Source: the human T2T-CHM13v2.0 reference genome, Homo sapiens. Taken from it: DNA of 64,000 nt. The first letter of the stretch is position 1. Each line of letters begins with the position of its first letter. The notes below the pieces were generated by a model, which saw nothing but the letters and a program-made list of their open reading frames with translations, made no database searches and was not told the origin of the DNA. Both the position numbers and the translations under genes were made by a program. This document shows, piece by piece, positions 30,151-41,065 of this stretch. The stretch is from the NCBI RefSeq assembly GCF_009914755.1, contig NC_060927.1; one strand, written 5' to 3'.

Positions 30151-31010
30151 TCTTTAGGCCGCGCTTGTGAGCAGGACCCGTCGCCATGGGCCTCATGGTC
30201 TGTGGACAGCGGAAGGGCGCCGGGGCTGCGTTTCCCGCGCAGGTGAAGCACCGTCAGGGCACAGCGCGCCTGCGCGCTGTGGACTGCCCCCAGCGGCTAC
30301 AAGAGCACCGTGAAGGGCGCTATCCACTACCCGGGCTGCGGCGCGCCCCTCGCCAAGGTGGTCTTCCGGAATGCACCGGTTTAAGAAGTGGACGCAGCTG
30401 TTCATTGCCGCTGAGGGTATTCACATGGGTCAGTTTGTGTATTGCGGCAAGAAGGTCCAGCTCAACATTGGCAGTGTTCTCTCTGTGGACACCATGCCTG
30501 AGAGTACGACCGTGTGCTGCTTGAAGGAGAAGCCTGAAGACCGTGGCAAGCTGGCCCGGGCATCAGGGAACGGTGCCACCGTTATCTCCCACAACCCTGA
30601 GACTCAGAAGACCCATGAAGCTGCCCTCCTGCGCCAACAAGGTTATTTCCTCAGCCAACAGAGCTGTGGGTGGTGTAGTGGCCAGAGGTGGCCGAAATGA
30701 CAAAGCCATCTTGAAGGCTGGCCGGGCCCACCACAAATATAAGGCAAAGAGGAACTGCTGGCCACGAGTACGGGGTGTGGCCATGAACCTTGTGGAGCAT
30801 CCTTTCGGAGGTGGCAACCACCAGCACATCGGCAAGCCCTCCACCATCCGCAGAGATGCCCCCGCTGACCGCAAAGTGGGTCTCATTGCTGTCCGCCAGA
30901 CTGGACGTCTCCGGGGAGCCAAGACTGTGCAGGAGAAAGAGAACTAGTGATGAGGGGCTCAGTAAAGTTTGTCCTTCTGCCACCAAAAAATAAATAAATA
31001 AATACAAATA
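30151..31010 (+). pseudogene. RPL8: Processed pseudogene of 60S ribosomal protein L8 (uL2)
   Basis: Intronless; 5'TOP-like start tcttt; ATG at 30186; peptides [63 protein letters not shown]...TVQEKEN*; stop at 30947; split over three frames; degenerate polyA signal agtaaa and A-rich tail. Confidence 0.98.
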
Positions 31011-31634
31011 AAAGATAATATTCATTCCCAACTCTCTTAAATGTTTTTCCACAGTCGAAACAGATGTATTATGAGTTTTTTGTTACATAAATATAGGATT
31101 ATTGTAAAAGAGTTGAGTGGTACATAAAAGTGTAAAGAAGAGATTATATATCACCTAAAACCCCACCAGCCTGAGATAAAAAACATTAGTCATTTAGTAA
31201 CCATATGTTCGTGCATTTCTCTATCAATATAAATCTACACGCACATACGTAGTTGTGTGTGTATATATACATACATATACATAATTTTATATTAAAAATC
31301 AATCACATTGTATATGTTGTTTTACTTTGAATTTTTATAAGTGCTGTCTTTTGTGGGGTTTTTGCTTGTCTCTCTTCTTCCTCTAGTTCCCCACTCTATC
31401 TCTATACATTCCCAATATTACATCTCCCTCCCTCACTGTGTAACCAATTCATGAAGTGGTATTTATCTTTCTCATAAGCACATATATCAATTTACCATTG
31501 TTTATTTTACAAAAACGTAATCATCTTACGTACAACTCTCACATCTTTCTTTTTTCATATATAAATTTATATATATATTCATATATATTTCATATATTAT
31601 ATATATATATATATAATTCATTCTTTGGAATCCC

Positions 31635-31818
31635 AACTCATCACTTAGTAGCAGTGACTTGGGCAAATTGTTTTGTTTCTGAGTTTGTATCTGTAATATG
31701 GGGATAATTATTGTAACTATTTCCTTGGGTTGTTATTAAGCACAATATATTAGTCCATATAAAGTGCTTAGAACCACACCTTACTCAAGTGCCATGGAAG
31801 CATTAGCTATTATTTATA
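31635..31818 (+). mobile_element. MIR
   Basis: cacttagtagcagtgacttgggcaa...ctgtaatatggggataat...aaagtgcttagaac. Confidence 0.75.
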
Positions 31819-32538
31819 ATAGGTGCAGAATATTTTTTCATGGTAGAGATGTAAAAAATATATTCAACCAGAAAGCCCCTAATTAAATAATGGATCTAAG
31901 TAATGATCATCAATGGATACTAAACTCTTTGGATGAACAGTAGCGGGGGGTGGAGGGGTTGATTAGACAGACAACACCTGAATTCATTCAATAATGTTAA
32001 AGAAAAAAGTGGGACAACTAGATATTATTTGCTTACAGAGGTGATAAAATGGGAAGTATTTAGCACCATCTATGAAACATTATTGTCCAAGAGTCACAGA
32101 AACTTCTTTAATCTTATAATCTCCTCATGTGTAAAAGCTAGCATTCTTCAAGTCTTGGAATTAGAAAGGAACTTTATCACCTGTTTGGCTATTTCTGCTG
32201 GAGAAGGAGACAAGCATATTTTTCTAGGAACACTCATTTTCCTCCTGGATATTTGTGGATCTCTGTAGGGCAAGCTGCCTTCAGGATTCACAGAATTTTT
32301 ATCAGCACCTCATAGTTCTCCATTACTGGTCCCCGAAGGCATCCCTAAGAGCAGAAGGGGAAAAGGTCTTGCATTTCTCTTCATCTGTTCTTGGAAGAAC
32401 CAAGGCCTAGCTCCTACCCTCTAGACCCCCTGTGAGCTGGTCCAACAGCTGCTTGGCTCAGGAAAGACAGTTTGTCATTGATTCGGACGGGGGGAAATAT
32501 TCAAGCCACCATCTTCAAAAATGAAAGCCTTCACTATT

Positions 32539-32870
32539 GGCTAGGTCCAGTCGCTCACACCTGTAATTTCAGCACTTTGGGAAGTCAGGGCAGGAGGATC
32601 ACTTGAGTCCAGGAGTTCGAGACCAGCCTGGGCATCATAGCAAGACCCCATCTCTACTAAAAATCAGAAAAATTAGCTGAGTGTGGTAGTGCATGCTACA
32701 ATGTAGCTGTAGTCCCAGCTACAAAGGAGGCTGAGGCAAGAGGATCACTTAATCTCAGGAGTCTGAGGCTGCAGTGAGCTGTGATTGCACCACTGAACTC
32801 CAGCTTGGGTAACAGAGCAAGACACTGTCTCAAAACAAACAAAACCCACCACAAATAACAACAACAACAA
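32539..32870 (+). mobile_element. AluJ
   Basis: J diagnostics; TSD aaagccttcactat / aaaggctttactat. Confidence 0.92.
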
Positions 32871-34715
32871 AAAAGGCTTTACTATATGTTTCAAAAAACA
32901 AAGTGATTTTCATAAATTACACAGATTTTAAGCAGAAAAAGGAAGGTAAAGCTCAGATGAAATTACATCATTGAGCCATAAAGGAAAAGAGTTATCATCC
33001 CATTAGAGGAAACTCGCATTGACTGAAGAAGGACAAGATGATATTTTATACTTTGGGAACCTGAACAACTAAAAAGGAAAAGAGAAATAAATATAAGTAA
33101 TTAAAAATTAAAAAGTGCAGAATCGCCATACTTTTTGTCTTTCTTCTATGGGAAGATTCTAACATTATTGAGTATGCAGGTAAAAGAGAATGGAGTTGGC
33201 ACCTTGAGTTTTTCCTTCTATGCCCTCTGAGGAGTGTGGCATTATATATGTACCTTGCCATGAAATAAATATCACCATAAAAGAGGAAGTCAAACATAAA
33301 TGCTCTGCAAATTCTAGCAGACCTGCTTTATGTCTGTTCATTTCTGGAGCTGTCCAGATACAACTTATATGGTATTTTTTTTTTCTAAAAAATCAGAGCT
33401 ATATTTTTAGAATTTATAATAACTAGTTGAGCAACAATGATACATTTTCCGTAAGAACCATTTTTACTCCGTTTTAATAAGGTTGGTATACATGGAGTGC
33501 AGGGCAGCAGAGCAGCCGCAGGCAGAATACATGGGACTGCTATGAAGCAGGAAAAGTTTCCCTTAGGAAAAAACTATGCCTTTAACGGTGTGACCTAGTT
33601 GAAGAGCTCCAGACATAAAAATTCAGCCTTCCCAAAGCATGAAGCTTTCATTCTTCTGTAACTGCCATGGTAAGAATAACTCCAGAGAGACTGTAAAAGA
33701 ATAGTGCTGTTGTCATTATCATTCTTGTGTAAAGAAAAAAATATGTATGTCTAAAGGTGTTTCTTTTTCCATTTTATCAAGGTTCTTTGTTTGGAAACTT
33801 TTAAATATGATCTTACAACTCTGCTTCTAAATAATATACCTGCTATAAGATAGTAAATACTCAATTTGTGTTACTCAATTCAGCTCTACTTAAATTATTT
33901 TCTTATAAAAGTTCAGAAGATCATCTACTTATGACTTGATAGTACCTGTAGGATGCTATGACACGTGTGAACCAATAGCAATGCAGTAAAATTTCATGAA
34001 ACAATGATTAATAAACTCGGCCCTGATGAGTACTCACATGCTAAGTGACATTTCGCCTACTATGTTGGGGATATAGTTGTTAGACTTTAGATCTGAAGAA
34101 ATCTCCAGAGACTATCAGGTTTATACCCTTCTCTTCAAATATTTGAATACCATTCAAGACTGACAGTTGCTTGCTTTCTTCATAAAGATGTTGCAGGACA
34201 GAGATTCCATAATTTTCAAGATTTTTAACATTCCACTTACAAAATTGCCTGCAGTTATCCCTCTAAAAATTTTATATTAATAATATTATTTCAAAACTGT
34301 GGGATTTTTATATTCTGGAAGAACTGGGACGTAAAATGAAGAAGCTGAATCCTTAAAAGAGTGAGTAGGATTAAAATTCCATCTTCTCATTGCTAACTGA
34401 TTCTTTCCTGTATAATATGCTACCTCAAAAGTGAACAAAAATTTTACAATAGTATTTTAAAATATCTTCATCCATTACTAGTCAGAGTGACTTTGTCTTT
34501 TAATTTTTATATCCTTACTTCTATCACCTTGTAGGCACAATATAAGAAAGGAATGATAAAAACCCATGTAAACATAACACAATTTTTTAAAAAGAAATAC
34601 TGTAATTGGTTAATAAATTCTCACAAGTTAAGAGAAATTTGTTTAAGCCAGACCATTTTACTCATAGGCAAAATGAAGAAATTAAACTAGAGGATTTGTA
34701 AGATACCTTTCTATT

Positions 34716-35618
34716 AAAAGGGTTCAGAACATGTCTCGCCAAAATATACCACTTTGGGGTATTATTTTGAGCTAATAGAAATTGAGGACCAACAAACACA
34801 GTTGCTAAATCAAGTTTAGCCTAAAGCTGCCTGCTTACCTATTTTAGGTTCAGCCTAAAGACTTCTCTGTAGGTAGGTAACTATAGCTTAAATGGGGGTG
34901 TAAACAGACTGTAATGTACTTTTGTGCCAATCGCCAAGTTTTGACCAATCAACAGGGGCCAATTGTTCAAAACATGTTCAAATAAGGCAAACACCAAGTT
35001 GTAACCAATTTGGCTGTTTCTATACCTTACTTCTGCGATCTGTACCTTGCTTTCCTTTTTCCCTCTAAAAATTTTCTTCCACCACGTGGCTGAACCGGAG
35101 TCTCTCTGAACCTACTTTGACTAGAAAGGCTTTCCGATTTGCGATTTCTTTGCTCAATTAAACTGTTAAATTTAATTTGTCTAAGGTTTTTCTTTTAACA
35201 CAAGAAAAGCTCTTTACTTGCCCCTCAACTTACCGAAGTATAAACTTCCCCTTTTGTAAAAATAAATTTAGTTTATAGAGGAAATTTTCATCAGTGAAGG
35301 AAATTTTCATTAGTAAATCTGTACCAGGAAGAGAGCTACTCATAAGCTGAGAGATTTTTATCTGCCTAACAAGGCAATCTTCATTCACCCTATATTTCCT
35401 CCCTCCCCTCACCTTCCCATAATTTATCTCCCCACTCCCCTGTTATAAAAGTCTCAGTCATCTGCACTTCCTTAAGTCTCATATTTCTGTAGGACTCCTG
35501 TGCATACATACATAATTAAAATTGCTTTTTCCTGTTAAATTGTTTTATGCCAATTTAATCCAGAGACCAGCCAAGAACTCAGAAGAATAGAAGAAATCAA
35601 TTTTTTTTCTCCCTTGCA
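34716..35618 (+). mobile_element. MER34-family ERV1 LTR, interrupted by MER57
   Basis: aagggttcagaacatg...ccaaaatataccactttgg start; attaaa polyA region; continues after 35200. Confidence 0.6.
34803..35200 (+). mobile_element. MER57-type ERV1 solo LTR
   Basis: aagtttagcctaaagctgcc...ccaat boxes...tttgctcaattaaac...tttcttttaaca. Confidence 0.85.
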
Positions 35619-35716
35619 CCATTTTAACACTGCTTGAATCAATTCAATTTTGTTTTATGAAAGCTTTCCTTGTGCTTTCCATGCTAACGTTATCACGGTA
35701 TTCACCATGAAAGCAT

Positions 35717-36244
35717 GTAGGACTTCGGGGTGGAACTGAAAGGAAAAAAGAATAATTTTCTCTCTACCCTTTATTGTTCTTAATGAGGACAGACCTCTGT
35801 AATGAAGGACAGATTAATAAGGGAAAAACAGTTTATTAACATGTATACCTCATATAGACATAGGAGATACTCAGAGAAATGAGTAAATCTCAAAAAGACA
35901 GCTTTGAAATCAGGCTTAAATGCCATCTTTAGTTAGAACAGAGACCAGTTATGAGGAGGTGACCAGGAAAAGCACAGTAAACAATGGTAAGGTTTGTTAT
36001 ACAGATTTCAGTCCATGCCTTCTCCATTGGTAACAGTCTCTAATGACTTAGAGTCATCCTTCTCTTCCTGGAACTGAGAGGGAAACACCCTTACAAATGG
36101 AGATTTCCAGTATAGAAGTAAACGTTTCTTACAAAAGGATAAATCCTATTCTGTTTTTAGAGCTTCTCTTGTGGCTGCTGTTTCTCAAAATAATCCTGAT
36201 GCCAAAGAGGCACATTTTGGAGTGGCATATTCTGGTCCCTTAAA
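35717..36244 (-). mobile_element. MER34-family ERV1 solo LTR
   Basis: Reverse complement begins aagggaccagaatatgccactccaaaatgtgcctctttggcat. Confidence 0.7.
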
Positions 36245-37009
36245 GTATGTACCTTTATATAAGAAAATTGACATAAATTTTACAATTTAATGGAGTGTCA
36301 TTCATAGAAAAAGTATTTCTGAACCCAGCCTCTATTTCATTAACGTTATGGATTTAAGGTTTGAAGTTATGGATTTAAGGTTTGAAGTTATGATCTTACC
36401 TTTTGTTTTCCAGTTCTTTTTTGAGTTCCTAAAGAATTTGTGAGAAATCAAAATTCATCCATCCATTAGAGTTGAGTATGACAATCATCTGCAAATTAAA
36501 ATTTCTTTATATATTTTAAAGTTCTTCTCCCACCATCAGGAATGCATTATAATTTCAAAGACATATTCTTTATAAACAGAACACAAAAATAAATGGGATT
36601 TGGAGAATGGGTAAGAATTGGTCTTTGTAAAATAAGAAGCTCTCAAGTTGCACATTCTTATGATAATCTACACTGAATCAATACTATTGTAGGTCTCTTG
36701 CATCTTGTAGCAAGATTTCTGTCTGCTAAACTTAAATCTAACTGAAAATAGGATGGTACTTTATCCCTATGGTAGGTACAAGGACAAAAATTAGAAATAA
36801 ATGTAAAAATCATCACAACCTCCTTCAATTTTTCCACTCTCCTCAAGCTTTCGACTTCATGTCACTCCATTCATGCCCTGGCTGCCAACAGATGGTATAA
36901 TTTTATAATGTTGCTGTAATAGGGTCTCCTGATTATAGTTTCTTCAACTTCCATTTCTGCCTGAAAATTTCTATCATCATGGATTCTACTTTCGACATTG
37001 TACAGAAGC

Positions 37010-37235
37010 AGCAGCTAGGGCTTAATAGACAAATGTGTCCAGTTGCATTATTTACCAGCTAAGCACCTTGTGCAAGTTATTTATCTCTCTGATCCTCAGT
37101 TTCATTAAAATGATAATAATAATACTTCCCCCAGAGGATGTCATAAGGATTAGAGATACCTCTCTGTAGAGAAGTGTACACTAAGTGTGCTTAGTACATT
37201 GGCTCTAGTTGGCACATCAAATGTGCTGAATACAT
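37010..37235 (+). mobile_element. MIR
   Basis: ccttgtgcaagttatttatctctctgatcctcagtttc...aggattagag. Confidence 0.7.
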
Positions 37236-37384
37236 CATCATTGTCATGTCTGAGAAAGTGTCTTTCCTCACCAAAGGTAATTTCTCTTATCTTCTCTAAA
37301 ACCATCAAATGTCCTACACTCTTGCTCAGCTTTTAATAATTCACAACGGGCTCCTCCTGGGCTTACCAACAGGTACAGATTTTT

Positions 37385-37800
37385 TTTTTTTTTGCTGTAC
37401 AGTACTATGACTTTTGACAAATGTACACTGTTATGTAACCACCACTGCAAAAATAAATAAATACATAAAAATTCAATCACTACCACCCCAACCTGCCCAA
37501 AATTCTTCTGCATCTTCCCTCATTCCCAGCTCCTGAAAATTGCTAATTTGTTTTCTGTTCCTATAGTTTTGCCTTTGCAAATGATACATATAAATAGAAT
37601 CATACACTATATAACCTTTAAAGCCTGACTTCTTTTATTTAATAAAATGCATTTGCGATGCATCCATGTTGTTGCATGTATCAGTTGTTCTTTTTAGTAG
37701 TGTTCCACTGAACAGGATGGAATGTATTTACTCACTCTCCAGTTGAGGAGCATTTGAGTTATTTCCAGTCCTTGGTATTTACAAATAAACTAATGCTGAG
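37385..37800 (-). mobile_element. L1MB/ME 3'-end fragment
   Basis: ctatagttttgccttt...catccatgttgttgcatgtatcag. Confidence 0.75.
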
Positions 37801-38958
37801 TTTTAAACCACTTTTGTTGTTCAAATTATTTTTCAACTTTATCTTTAACTATTAGAGGTTTACAGTTGCTGCTTCTATCCCTAAAAATTCAAAAATTCAG
37901 ATTCTCTCTATTATAGTCCGTTTCATCCCTGCTTGAGCTAACCTTCTTGTAAATATTATTTCTGGACTCAGGCTATGTCTCCAAAAGCATGCTGCCATCA
38001 TTCTATTTTGCAGTTTTTTTTCTCCTAGTACAAAAAGTTCATTAGATACATCATCATCCATCCACATCATTGACAGCAACAGTTTTACTAAAAGTTTTCT
38101 ACTACAGAGAACAGAGAAATAGTCTGACCTTCAATATTTTCTTCCCCCCTGCTTCCCAGAGTCCATTTTTTAATGCGAAAAAATTTGGTTTTTTATTGCA
38201 ATATCCCTCACATTCTAGATACCAATTTTCACATTAGTTGAGTAATGCTGGGGTTGCAAAATCTAGTGTCCTACCACAATAAACACTTTTTATTTCTGTG
38301 TGAAAGTGATAACTGCCACATATGTTTGTATCTCATTGGGCAAAACAAGAACCAAGGCCACATCTAACTTCAAAGGTGGTGAGGAAATACAGTCATACTA
38401 TGTGCCCCAAAACAGAGAGCTAAAAGTATATGATGGACAGCACTAATGATCACCACGGGGTCTAATTTGTCCCTAAGCACTTAGCCAACTTTTCTAACAC
38501 CATTTTTTAAAGATTATGCCTGTTGCCCAGTTATTTTAAATGTCACCTTTACTATCTACCAAAATCTCATATGTAATGAGTCTGTTACCAGTCTGTATTC
38601 TATTCCATTTAGTTTTTTGTTGCTTCCTGTAATTGTACCTCAAATTTATCATTACCATAGCTGTATAAAATATTTTGATAATGGTAGGGCAAATCTTTCT
38701 TCACTAGTCTTCTATTTCAAAATTTGTGTCAGCTAGTCCCTGTATTTATTCTTCATTAGGCTTATTTTATCTATTCTGAACACACAAGTAATATAGGAAT
38801 AAAAATCATAAAACACACTTAAATAAAGCATAAATGTCCCTCTTTAATCCCTTTTTTCATTTCCATTTTCCTGTAAAGAAGTGATCTTTGATCTATATTC
38901 TGTCAGTTCTTTTTATATATATGTGCATACACACTTTTGTATACTTAAAATGTATTGG

Positions 38959-39676
38959 TGTCTTCATCTGTTTGGGTTGCTAAAACAAAACACCACAAAC
39001 TGAGTGGCTTATAAAACAGAAATTTATTTCTCATAGTTCTGGAAGCTAAGAAGTCTAACATCAAGGCACCAACAGATTCAGCATCTAGTGAGAGGCCATT
39101 CCCTGTTTCATAGATAAAAAGATGTCTTCTCGCAGAGTTTCCATATGGTAGAAGAGGTAAGGGATTTATAGTAGTCCATTTTCATGCTGCTAATAAAGAC
39201 ATACCTGAGACTGGGCAATTTACAAAAGAAAGAGGTTTATTGGACTTAGAGTTCCACCTGGCTGGGGAGGCCTCACAATCATGGCAGAAGGTGAAAGGCA
39301 CATCTCACATGGCAGCAGACAAGAGAAAAGAGCTTGTGCAGGGACACCCCTGTTTTTAAAAACATCAGATCTCATAAGACTTATTCACTATCATGAGAAC
39401 AGCACAGGAAAGACCTGCCCCCATGATTCAATTACCTCTAACTGGGTTCCTCCCATAACACATGGGAATTCAAGATGAGATTTGAGTGGGGACACAGCCA
39501 AACCATATCAGGATTTATCTGGGGCCTTTTTAAATAAAGGGACTAATTACCTTTATAAAACCTCTGCTTTTATCACCTAATTACCTCCCAAACCCTCATG
39601 TCCTAATACCATCACCTTGGGGGTTAAAATTTCAACCTATGAATTTTGGGGAGACACAAACATTTAGATCATAGCA
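38959..39676 (-). mobile_element. MLT1A0-type LTR with nested THE1
   Basis: tgtctt...catagca termini; 5-bp TSD attgg. Confidence 0.88.
39167..39510 (-). mobile_element. THE1 solo LTR
   Basis: ...ggggacacagccaaaccatatca; 5-bp TSD ggatt. Confidence 0.92.
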
Positions 39677-39744
39677 ATTGGTTTGCTGGATTAATAATAT
39701 TTAACATACATAGAATCTTACCATAAATATTGATTTGCTATTTA

Positions 39745-41060
39745 TATTACTAATTTAATTTGGTTATAGACAGCGTATATGATTCCAAACTTTGAAATTT
39801 GTTAATATTTGTTTTGTGGTTCAGCACATAGTTTACTGCATGTTTCATGTACTCTTGAAAGGAATGTGTATTCCACAGTTGTTGGAATAGTGTTTTATAA
39901 GCATAAATTAGATCAAGTTGATTGATATGTTGGTTTAAATTGTCTATGATAATTTGTACTGACATTTTGTCTACTTGTTCTACCAATTACTAAGAGAAGT
40001 ATTACAATCTCTAGCTTTGGGGATTTATTTATTTTTCCCTTTAATTTTATTCATTTTTGCTTCATGTATTTTAAAGTATTGTTATTAGGTGTATTCAACT
40101 TAGGATTGTTATGTATTCTTGATGAATTGACCCTTTGGGATTATAAAATGACCCTCTTTATGTCTGGTAATACTCCTTGTCTTGAAGTCAGTTTCATCTG
40201 ACATTGACATAGCACAATAGCTTTCATTTGCTTTGTGTTTGCCTTGGTGTACCTTTTTCTATAACTTCACGTTCAACCTGTCTTTCCCAATATATTTAGA
40301 GTGGATCTCTTGTAGGCAGCAAATAGTTGGGTTTTGCTTTCTTATGCAGTCTGATAAACTCTGAATTTAAATTATTGATATAAGTGAGATTGGGTCTATA
40401 ATAGTGTCATTTGCTATTTATTCGCTCTTTGTTTCTTTGTTCTTCCTTTTCTGTCTTCTTTGTGGTTAATAAAAATTTTAATATCTCAAATTATCTTCTG
40501 CATTGGCTGCTTAGCTAATACAGTTTTTGGGGGGTTATTGTTTCCTCTGTGGAATACAATGTATATCCTCAATTAATCACAGACTTCTTGAATTCATATT
40601 ACGCCTCTTTATGTAAAAACTGGTAAATTTCAATTTTCACTGCTCATATTCTTTGTAATATTATACTATATACGCTACGTCTACACATTATAAACCTCAC
40701 AAAGCTTTTACTTTTGTTTTAAATAGTCTATGGCTTAAATAATTTTAAAAATAAAAGATAATGTTTTATATTTACCTATATGTTTAATATTCCTAGTATT
40801 CTACATGCCTTCCTGTATATCTGAATTCCCATCTGGTATCAATTTTCACAGTGTGAAGACATTCCTTTAGCATTTCTTTACAGTGGCAAATTCTTACAGT
40901 TGGCAACAAATTCATTTTTCTGAAAACATTTTGCTTTCATTTTCAGAAGATATTTTTGCTGGATCTAGATTTCTAGGTGAGACTTCCACTTGTTTCCATG
41001 AAAAAATAAGATAATCTTGAATTAGCTCTGGCTGTCAATTAGAAAATAAAAAATTTACTG
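39745..41060 (-). mobile_element. Old L1M fragment (ORF2 endonuclease region and upstream sequence)
   Basis: Minus ORF 39750-39986 resembles L1 EN (NLNQHINQLDLIYAY...NHKTNINKFQ). Confidence 0.7.
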
Positions 41061-41065
41061 GTGGG

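Noticed and set aside
30186-30947. Functional RPL8 gene or retrogene
   Set aside because: Homology is split over three frames by frameshifts, with many substitutions at conserved residues; intronless with a poly(A) tail.
30563-31052. Antisense ORFs of 119 and 133 aa over RPL8
   Set aside because: Shadow ORFs of GC-rich coding-derived sequence.
36345-36392. Short direct duplications (21 bp here; also about 46253-46335, 48753-48792 and 60648-60716)
   Set aside because: Ordinary slippage-type micro-duplications; no spacer-repeat (CRISPR-like) organisation.
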